A DNA stretch of 64,000 bases, taken from positions 1,237,986 through 1,301,985 of the forward strand of contig CBDEVR010000002.1 in assembly GCA_965243745.1 (NCBI GenBank), given 5' to 3'. The notes beneath the pieces were generated by a model, which was given only the letters and a program-made list of their open reading frames with translations, searched no databases and had not been told where the DNA came from. A program made the translations under genes and the position numbers. Positions 1 to 7,113 of this stretch are shown here, in pieces; within the stretch, counting starts at the first letter, position 1; each line of letters starts with the position of its first letter. Source of the DNA: Dehalococcoidia bacterium (GTDB taxonomy: Bacteria > Chloroflexota > Dehalococcoidia > Lucifugimonadales > Australimonadaceae).

Positions 1-2
1 CC

Positions 3-875
3 GGCGACTACTCCTTCGGCCTGCGCGTCGTCTCTCCGGAAGGCGTCGAGTACGAGAACGCCCGCTACACCATCGAGGTGCCCGAGCCTCCTGCCCCCAG
101 GGACACTGGCGTCGCCATCACCGTGACGTTCCCCGCCCTGAGCGGCCCGGCCACCAGCGAGTTCGAGTTCGAGATCGTCATCGACAACGACACCGGCGCG
201 GACACTTCCTTCAACCTCACATCGGCTGCGCTCGATCAGAATGGACAGGTGCTCCCCGGCTGGGACGTCACCTTCTCTCCCTCCTTCGGCCAGGAGCGCG
301 TCATCTCCAGCATCAGCGTGGGCGCCGCGCTCAACGAGCGCGTCGACGTGCGCGTCACCCCGCCGCGCAACACATCTCCCGGCGACTACCTCATCCCGGT
401 CCAGGTGCAGGACGATGCGGGGTTCGAGGCGGATGCCCTGCTGCTGGTGACCATCCGTGGACGCGGCGAGGTGTTCCTGGGCACGGACACCGGCCTGCTG
501 AACCTGGACGCCACCGCGGGCGAGGAAGCCTCCACCACGTTGCGCCTCACCAACTTCGGCACCGGTGACCTTGCGGACATAAACCTCCTCGCGGACGCGC
601 CTTCGGGGTGGCAGGTCTCCTTCGAGGTGGACTCCGTGGCGGAGCTGCCGGTCAACAACCAGATAGACATCACCACCACCGTCCTTCCGGCGGCCGACGC
701 CATTCCCGGAGACTACCTCGTGACCCTGCGCTCCAACCATCCGGACACGAACGCCTCGCTCGAGCTGCGCGTGACCGTGGCGCAGTCCACCATCTGGGGC
801 TGGCTCGGCATCGTCCTGGTCATCCTGGTCATCGTCATCCTCGGCGGGCTCTTCTGGAGGCTAGGCAGGCGATGA
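3..875 (+). CDS. NEW3-like (NPCBM-associated) domain membrane-anchored protein, 5' end outside window
   Basis: Frame 3 is open from base 3 (GDYSFGLRVVSPEGVEYENARYTIEV) into listed ORF 78..875. Repeated GDY-containing beta-sandwich-like modules. C-terminal hydrophobic anchor WGWLGIVLVILVIVILGGLFW. Stop overlaps next start (ATGA). Confidence 0.6.
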   Translation, partial: GDYSFGLRVVSPEGVEYENARYTIEVPEPPAPRDTGVAITVTFPALSGPATSEFEFEIVIDNDTGADTSFNLTSAALDQNGQVLPGWDVTFSPSFGQERVISSISVGAALNERVDVRVTPPRNTSPGDYLIPVQVQDDAGFEADALLLVTIRGRGEVFLGTDTGLLNLDATAGEEASTTLRLTNFGTGDLADINLLADAPSGWQVSFEVDSVAELPVNNQIDITTTVLPAADAIPGDYLVTLRSNHPDTNASLELRVTVAQSTIWGWLGIVLVILVIVILGGLFWRLGRR

Positions 876-1816
876 CCAGCACTACGCCGCTCATCGAGGC
901 CCGCGGGCTCACCAAGCGCTACGGCGGCTTCACCGCCGTGGACGGCATCGACCTGACCATTGACGAGGGCGAGGTGTTCGGCTTCCTCGGACCCAACGGG
1001 TCCGGCAAGAGCACCAGCATCCTCATGATGCTTGGCCTCACCGAACCGACTGAGGGAACCGTCCGCGTCTGCGGCTACGACCCCTCCCGCAACCCCCTTG
1101 CAGTCAAGCGGCAGGTCGGCTACCTCCCGGAATCGGTCGGCTTCTACGGCGACCTGACCGGTGCGCAGAACCTCCGCTTCACCGCCGAGCTCAACGGCAT
1201 CCCTCACGCGGAGGCCGACCCGCGCATCGCCGAACTCCTCGATACCGTGGAACTCGAGGACGCGGCGAACCAACCCGTCGCCCAGTACTCGCGCGGCATG
1301 CGACAACGCCTCGGCCTCGCTGACGTGCTGCTCAAGCAGCCCCGCCTCGTCATCCTGGACGACCCCACGCTCGGCCTCGACCCTGCCGGCATCGTCTGGC
1401 TGCTCGGCATCATCGAGGAGCTCAGCTCCCGGCAGGGCATCGCCGTATTCCTCTCCTCGCACCAGTTGGAGGAGGTGCAGCGCGTCTGCCACCGGGTCGG
1501 CATCATGTCCCACGGCAAACTCGTGCTGGAGGGCACCGTCGCGGCGCTCACCTCGCAGACCGAGGGCGGCGGCTTCCGCATCACCCTGAAGGTCGAGGGC
1601 GCGAGCGCCGCCCTGGATGCCGCGCTCGCCGCCCTCTCCTCCGTGCGCGACGCGACCCGCTCCGGCGTCGACGTGGTTATCGAGAGCGATGAGGACGTAC
1701 GCGCCGCAGCTGCGGCCGCCGTCCACGAGCACGGCGCCCGGCTGCTCGAGATGCGCGCCAACGACCGCACGCTCGAGGACATCTACCTCCGCTACTTCCA
1801 GGAAACGGACCAGTGA
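872..1816 (+). CDS. ABC transporter ATP-binding protein
   Basis: Internal ATG at 872 of ORF 608..1816 gives MTSTTPLIEARGLTKRYGG. Walker A GPNGSGKST, signature YSRGMRQRL, Walker B LVILDDP. Confidence 0.9.
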   Translation: MTSTTPLIEARGLTKRYGGFTAVDGIDLTIDEGEVFGFLGPNGSGKSTSILMMLGLTEPTEGTVRVCGYDPSRNPLAVKRQVGYLPESVGFYGDLTGAQNLRFTAELNGIPHAEADPRIAELLDTVELEDAANQPVAQYSRGMRQRLGLADVLLKQPRLVILDDPTLGLDPAGIVWLLGIIEELSSRQGIAVFLSSHQLEEVQRVCHRVGIMSHGKLVLEGTVAALTSQTEGGGFRITLKVEGASAALDAALAALSSVRDATRSGVDVVIESDEDVRAAAAAAVHEHGARLLEMRANDRTLEDIYLRYFQETDQ

Positions 1817-2733
1817 TTGCGCTCTTCTGGAAGGAGCTCGCGGACCACTTCGGACGGCGCAGGTTCACCCTGCTCTTCGGCCTCATTGCGCTCGGCCTCG
1901 TCTGGGGCGCGTTCGTCGACCTCGGGCAGTTGGCGGGTCAGGGGAGGCAGTTCTTCTTCCTGGACGTCTTCACCACCACTGCGGGCGTCCCCATCTCCCT
2001 GCTCACGTTCCTCAGCTTCTTCGGGCCGGTCATCGGCATCGCGCTGGGCTTCGACGCCATCAACGGCGAGCGCACGCAGGGCACGCTTGCCCGCCTCCTT
2101 GCGCAGCCGCTCCACCGCGACTCCGTCTACAACGCCAAGTTCCTCGCCGCCCTCCTCACGCTTGCGCTTGTCGTCGCCAGCATGATGATCGTCGTGATCG
2201 GGCTCACCATGTTCCGCATGGGCATCGCCCCCACCGGCGAGGAGGTCCTGCGCCTCACCGGCCTGGGGCTCGTCTCCGTCGCCTACCTCGCCTTCTGGCT
2301 CGCCCTCGCCATCACCGCCTCCGTCCTCTTCCGCAACACCGTCACCTCCGCGCTCGCCTCCATCGGCATGTGGTTCGCCCTCGGCTTCCTCATCACGCTC
2401 CTGGGCGGCGTCCTCGCCGACCGCATCGTTCCCGACATCGCGACGACTGACGACGCCGTCCGCCACGTGAACATCGAGTCGTGGGCCAACCGTGTCTCTC
2501 CCGCCGGCCTCTACTCCGAGGCGACCTCCATCCTCCTCGACCCCATCGGCGGGCGCGCGCTCAACCTCTTCACGATAGAGCAAGGACGCCTGGAAGGACT
2601 GCTCTCGACGCCGGTGTCCGCGGCCCAGAGCCTTCAGCTCGTCTGGCCGCACATCGTCGTGCTGGTCGCGATGGTCGCCATCCTCCTCGCGGCGTCCTAC
2701 GCCCGCTTCATGCGCGAGGAGATCAGGGCCTAG
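1813..2733 (+). CDS. ABC-2 type transporter permease
   Basis: GTG start overlaps ATPase stop (GTGA). Multi-pass hydrophobic protein MIALFWKELADHFGRRRFTLLFG typical of ABC-2 permeases. Confidence 0.8.
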   Translation: MIALFWKELADHFGRRRFTLLFGLIALGLVWGAFVDLGQLAGQGRQFFFLDVFTTTAGVPISLLTFLSFFGPVIGIALGFDAINGERTQGTLARLLAQPLHRDSVYNAKFLAALLTLALVVASMMIVVIGLTMFRMGIAPTGEEVLRLTGLGLVSVAYLAFWLALAITASVLFRNTVTSALASIGMWFALGFLITLLGGVLADRIVPDIATTDDAVRHVNIESWANRVSPAGLYSEATSILLDPIGGRALNLFTIEQGRLEGLLSTPVSAAQSLQLVWPHIVVLVAMVAILLAASYARFMREEIRA

Positions 2734-2743
2734 CGGTTGTCCC

Positions 2744-2788
2744 GTCGTTCCCGCACCGGCGGGAATCCAGGGTGCGCGGGCAGCGCAC
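2744..2788 (+). repeat. REP-like hairpin repeat, family 1 (copy 1)
   Basis: gtcgttcccgcaccggcgggaatccagggtgcgcgggcagcgcac. Hairpin ttcccgc/gcgggaa. The 3' 27 nt are identical to the copy at 4552..4596. Confidence 0.75.
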
Positions 2789-2853
2789 ACGGCGGGGTTG
2801 GTGGGAGTGGGGCTGTCATGCCGAGCAGGGCGCTGCGCGACGACCGATCTTGT

Positions 2854-3066
2854 CTACTCCCGCCTGCGCCACCCGTAGACGATCAGCGCCACCCCCGGCA
2901 TGCCGAAGATGATGGCGGAGAGCACCGCCACCAACACCTGGCCGCTCTGCGGTTCGGCGATGATGCCCTTTTCAGCGGCATCGGACGCCCCCCGGAACAG
3001 CGCAAGCGTCACCCACACTGTCACCAGCACCCACAGCACGCCGCCTGCTAACGCAACGCGCCACAT
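2854..3066 (-). CDS. small two-TM membrane protein
   Basis: Last 70 codons of ORF 2854..3801 (MWRVALAGGVLWVLVTVWVTLALF...IIFGMPGVALIVYGW). Its ATG overlaps the amidase stop (TGATG). Confidence 0.5.
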   Translation of the reverse strand: MWRVALAGGVLWVLVTVWVTLALFRGASDAAEKGIIAEPQSGQVLVAVLSAIIFGMPGVALIVYGWRRRE

Positions 3067-4499
3067 CACGCGTCGTGCCTCACGATAGGGTCGATGGGGA
3101 CCCGCCCCGCGAGCCCGCACGCCTCCTCGAACAGCGCAGCCGCCGACAGCAGCGACGCCTCGTCCGCGCGCGGCGTCATCAGCTGCAGCCCCACCGGCAG
3201 CCCGGACGACGTGAACCCGCACGGCACCGAGATCGACGGGCACGACGTGAGCGTCAGCGCGAACGACATCACCAGCCAGCTCACGTACGTCTCGAACCGC
3301 ACGCCCCCGGCCTCCTCCACGTACCGCTGGTCGACGTCGAACGGCGGTACGAGCACCGTGGGTGACACGAGGATGTCGTACCGCTCGAAGAACGACGCCG
3401 TGCGGTAGTAGAGCGCCCCGCGCGCCGCCTCCGCCCGGTTCACGTCCTCCGCCGACAGCGCCAGCCCCGCCTCCACGTTCCAGATGACCTCCGGCTTCAG
3501 CAGGTGCCGGTTGTTCTCCAGGTGCTTCCCGTACAGCGCCGCGAACTGCGCCGCACGCAGCGCCTGGAATATCGGCTCCGCGTCGTGCAGGTCGGGCGCG
3601 CCTTCGTCCACCGATGCCCCGATGCCCTCGAACAGCCGCACGGCGCGGGCGCATATCTCTTGCACCTCCGAGTCCACCGGCGCGATACCGAGGTCCGGCG
3701 AATACGCGACGCGCTGAGGCGCGCGGGGCGCGTCCACCGCCTCCACGAACGGACGCTCCGATCGCGGCAGGCTGATAGGGTCCACGGGAGTGACGCCGCA
3801 CGCCTGCGTGTCGAGGAACAGCGCGACGTCGCCCACCGTCCGCCCCATCGGCCCCTCGACCGACAGCCCGGCGAACGGCAGCTCCTTCGGGCCGTGCGGC
3901 ACGCGCCCCGGCGAGGGACGCAGGCCGACGACCGAGCAGAAGCTCGCGGGGATGCGCAGGCTCCCACCGAGGTCACTCCCCGTCGCGAGCCACACCTGCC
4001 CCGTTGCGAGCGCGACCGCCGCGCCGCCCGAGGAGCCGCCGCACGTCATCCGCGTGTCCCACAGGTTGCGCGTCTTCCCGAACACCTCGTTGAACGTGTT
4101 CGCCCCGGCCCCGAACTCCGGCGTGTTCGACTTCGCCAGCACGACGCCACCCTGGGACTCGATGTTCTCGACGAGGAAGTCGGAGCGCTCCGGCACGTGC
4201 TCCGCGTAGATCGGCGACCCCTTCGTGGAGCGCACGCCCGCCACGTCCTTCAGGTCCTTCACCGCGAACGGGAGCCCGTGCAGGTAGCCGGGCGGCGCGT
4301 CGTCGGGCGGGCCGGATGCTGCCAGCCGCTCGGCGTGCTCCCGCGCCCGCTCCACCGCAAGCGTCGGCAGCGCATTCACCGCGCCGTCCACCTCCCCGAT
4401 GCGCTCGACCGCCGCGTCGACCATCTCCAGCGGCGACACCTCCCGCGCTGCGAGCCGCCGCACCGCCTCCCGCGCCGTCATCCGCACCAGGTCATTCAT
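3066..4499 (-). CDS. amidase (amidase-signature family)
   Basis: 477 aa. GGSSGGAAVALA and GSDLGGSLRIPASFC amidase-signature motifs. Confidence 0.9.
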   Translation of the reverse strand: MNDLVRMTAREAVRRLAAREVSPLEMVDAAVERIGEVDGAVNALPTLAVERAREHAERLAASGPPDDAPPGYLHGLPFAVKDLKDVAGVRSTKGSPIYAEHVPERSDFLVENIESQGGVVLAKSNTPEFGAGANTFNEVFGKTRNLWDTRMTCGGSSGGAAVALATGQVWLATGSDLGGSLRIPASFCSVVGLRPSPGRVPHGPKELPFAGLSVEGPMGRTVGDVALFLDTQACGVTPVDPISLPRSERPFVEAVDAPRAPQRVAYSPDLGIAPVDSEVQEICARAVRLFEGIGASVDEGAPDLHDAEPIFQALRAAQFAALYGKHLENNRHLLKPEVIWNVEAGLALSAEDVNRAEAARGALYYRTASFFERYDILVSPTVLVPPFDVDQRYVEEAGGVRFETYVSWLVMSFALTLTSCPSISVPCGFTSSGLPVGLQLMTPRADEASLLSAAALFEEACGLAGRVPIDPIVRHDA

Positions 4500-4551
4500 T
4501 CCTGATTCCCTCCGTCATCGCTGCGAAGATAAACGCCCGCCGGCAAGCCTC

Positions 4552-4596
4552 GTCATTCCAGCACGGGCTGGAATCCAGGGTGCGCGGGCAGCGCAC
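4552..4596 (+). repeat. REP-like hairpin repeat, family 1 (copy 2)
   Basis: gtcattccagcacgggctggaatccagggtgcgcgggcagcgcac. Hairpin attccagc/gctggaat. Same orientation and length as 2744..2788. Confidence 0.75.
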
Positions 4597-4600
4597 GTTC

Positions 4601-5491
4601 TCACTCCCGCACCTCTATACCCGCGCGCTCCTCCGCCAGCATGAACGTCGCCAGGTTGTCCCACTCCCCCCAGCCGCGCTCGATCCCCTCCTCCATCACC
4701 CGCTTCGCCATCGCTGCCAACTCCATCGGCGCGCCCATCTCCTCCGCGAGCTCCTGGCCGAGGCTCACGTCCTTGTGCGCGAGCCGCAGCGAGAAGCGCG
4801 GCGTCTCGAAATCGCCCTTGAACACCACGTCCGGTATCTGCCTCAGCAGCGTCTGCTTACCGAACGCCGCGTCCCACAGCACCTGCAGCATCACCCCCGG
4901 GGCGACGCCTGCCTTCACTGCGAGCGTCATCCCCTCCTGCACGACGACGCGGGTCGTCAGTGTTATGGAGTTGTGCACCAGTTTCGCCACCGTCCCGGAG
5001 CCGATGGGTCCGACGTAGCTCACCCCTGTGCCGATCGCCTCGAACACCGGGCGCACCGCCTCGAACACGTCCCTGTCGCCACCCACCATCACTGCCAGCG
5101 TGCCCTGCTCCGCGCCGATGGTGCCGCCGCTCACCGGGGCGTCCAGCATGTGCGCCCCGATCGACTCGATGCGCTCCGCCACCTGCCGGATGCGCGTCGG
5201 CGACCCCGTCGACAGGTCGGCGTACACCGACCCCGGCTGCAGCCCCAGCGAGAGCCCCTGCGGCCCCAGCGCAACCTCTTCCACGTCCGCCGGCCCCGGC
5301 AGCGACGTCAGCACGACGGGCGCCTGCCGCGCGACCTCCACCGGCGTGTCGGCCCAGGTTGCGCCCATCTCCCGGTGCGGCGCCGTCTTCGCCTCGTCGA
5401 TGTCGTTCACGACGAGATCGTGCCCTGCCTTGATCAGGTTCAGGGCCATGGGCCCGCCCATGTTTCCGAGGCCGATGAATCCGATGCGCAT
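4601..5491 (-). CDS. NAD(P)-dependent oxidoreductase, 3-hydroxyisobutyrate dehydrogenase family
   Basis: MRIGFIGLGNMGGPMALNL Rossmann N-terminus. GGAGG Shine-Dalgarno upstream of ATG 5491. Confidence 0.85.
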   Translation of the reverse strand: MRIGFIGLGNMGGPMALNLIKAGHDLVVNDIDEAKTAPHREMGATWADTPVEVARQAPVVLTSLPGPADVEEVALGPQGLSLGLQPGSVYADLSTGSPTRIRQVAERIESIGAHMLDAPVSGGTIGAEQGTLAVMVGGDRDVFEAVRPVFEAIGTGVSYVGPIGSGTVAKLVHNSITLTTRVVVQEGMTLAVKAGVAPGVMLQVLWDAAFGKQTLLRQIPDVVFKGDFETPRFSLRLAHKDVSLGQELAEEMGAPMELAAMAKRVMEEGIERGWGEWDNLATFMLAEERAGIEVRE

Positions 5492-5650
5492 GGTCGCCTC
5501 CCCTCTGCTCCGCCTGATGGCGTCCTACGCCTCCCCGCGGGGCGGGGTGCGCCGCCGCGCAGTCTAGGCCGCACCCCTCTGAGGGTCAACGCGCGTCCTG
5601 CTCTCCGGCACTCCCGTGAAGCGGGGTATCCAGAGTACGATGAACCTGCG

Positions 5651-5708
5651 TTCTTCTGCAGTTTCTTCTGCAGACCCGTACGAGTGAACGGGACAATCTT
5701 CTGCAGAA
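5651..5708. repeat. three copies of TCTTCTGCAG flanking a short hairpin
   Basis: ttcttctgcag at 5651 and 5663; tcttctgcagaa at 5697 (perfect palindrome TTCTGCAGAA). Hairpin cccgt/acggg lies between copies 2 and 3. Confidence 0.6.
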
Positions 5709-6001
5709 AAAGATCTTTATCGGCAAGGCGGTGGCCTGCTTCCGCGTTCTTCCGTTCAAGATCCGCGCCGGGAGGGGGTGTGCAGCCGTCAGTCCATGGG
5801 CGCTATCTCCGGCGTAGCTCCCGGGGGGCTCTGTAATCGATAGCCAGGACAGGCGCAAAGGTCATGCACCCCAACGTACCCGTTGGCGGGGCGACAGCGA
5901 AAGAGGCGCGTGTCACACCCGACTCATCCATTGCCCGGATAGCGCGCCCCGCATAGCATGGCCGCACCCTCATCAGATCTCAGAGGAGCGGAGCGAAGCA
6001 C

Positions 6002-7093
6002 ATGGCAGACAACATCAGGGTCGGCATCATCGGCGGCAACGTGAACGGCTGGGCCGGGCGCGCCCACATGCCCGCGATGGCGGCGGGCATCCCCGGCGTC
6101 GAGCTCGTCGCCGTCTCCACCACGCGGCAGGAGTCCGCCGACGAGGCTGCGGCGAGGTTCGGCGCGAAGTACGCCTACGACAATCACCACGACCTTCTCG
6201 CGAACCCGGAGGTCGACGTCGCAGCCGTTGCCGTGAAGCTGCCTACTCACTACGAGCTGACGAAGGACATCATCGCGGCGGGCAAGCACGTCTACACCGA
6301 GTGGCCGCTCGGTACGACGGTCGCACAGGCGGAAGAGATGACCGACCTCGCGAACGTCGCGGGCGTCCGCACCTGCGTCGGCCTGCAGTCCCGCCACTCC
6401 GCGCAGTATCAGGAGATACGCAGGCTCATCGAGGGCGGCTCGATCGGAGACGTGCTCAGCGTGAGCCTGACCCAGTTCGCCAGCGGTGCGCTCTCCCGCC
6501 CTTCTGGCCGCGTCTGGATGCGCGACGCCGACGCCCACGCCAACACGCTCAGCATCACCTTCGGCCACGCGATGGACGGCCTCATCGCCATGCTAGGTCC
6601 CGCCCGCAGCATCGCCGCAGCCGTCAGCACCCAGACGAAGGAATGGACCGCCTCCGACACCGGGGAGAGGTTCGCCGTGACGTCTCCCGACAACGTCATC
6701 GTCAGCGGTGCGCTGGCGAACGGTGCGGCCTTCTCCGTGTACATCGCATCCGTCGCGGCGGTCGGCACCGGCCACAGCATGCAGATACACGGCTCGCGAG
6801 GCACGATAACGCTCGACGCTTCCGGCTCCACGCACCTCGGAGCGGGTGAGATGCGCGTCGCCGTTGACGGCGGCAACGAGTTGCGCCCCGCCGTCGCCCC
6901 TGAGGATGAGTGGGTGACCGCCGCCGGCCTGTCGGGACCGCCCGTGCACATCGGCAAGCTCTGGGCGTCCTACGCCGACGCCATCCTCAACGACCGCGAG
7001 TTCCACCCCGACTTCACCGACGCCGTCGCACACCACCGCCTCATGGACGCCGTCCAGCGCGCGTCGGACACGGGCCGAGTGCAAGAGGTGTAG
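6002..7093 (+). CDS. Gfo/Idh/MocA family oxidoreductase
   Basis: MADNIRVGIIGGNVNGWAGRAHMPA N-terminal Rossmann fold and EWPL motif. Confidence 0.85.
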   Translation: MADNIRVGIIGGNVNGWAGRAHMPAMAAGIPGVELVAVSTTRQESADEAAARFGAKYAYDNHHDLLANPEVDVAAVAVKLPTHYELTKDIIAAGKHVYTEWPLGTTVAQAEEMTDLANVAGVRTCVGLQSRHSAQYQEIRRLIEGGSIGDVLSVSLTQFASGALSRPSGRVWMRDADAHANTLSITFGHAMDGLIAMLGPARSIAAAVSTQTKEWTASDTGERFAVTSPDNVIVSGALANGAAFSVYIASVAAVGTGHSMQIHGSRGTITLDASGSTHLGAGEMRVAVDGGNELRPAVAPEDEWVTAAGLSGPPVHIGKLWASYADAILNDREFHPDFTDAVAHHRLMDAVQRASDTGRVQEV

Positions 7094-7113
7094 CGCTCGG
7101 TTACCCTGTCGCG

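Noticed and set aside
2854-3801. 315-aa minus-strand ORF
   Set aside because: Most of it overlaps the amidase gene out of frame. Only the last 70 codons, a hydrophobic mini-protein starting at the amidase stop, look plausible.
4316-5836. 506-aa plus-strand ORF
   Set aside because: It runs antisense through the amidase start and the whole dehydrogenase gene. The translation is Arg/Pro-rich and low-complexity.
5760-6001. Possible riboswitch or small RNA upstream of the Gfo/Idh/MocA gene
   Set aside because: I could not match any riboswitch, SRP, 6S, RNase P or tmRNA signature by eye. It would need cmsearch against Rfam.
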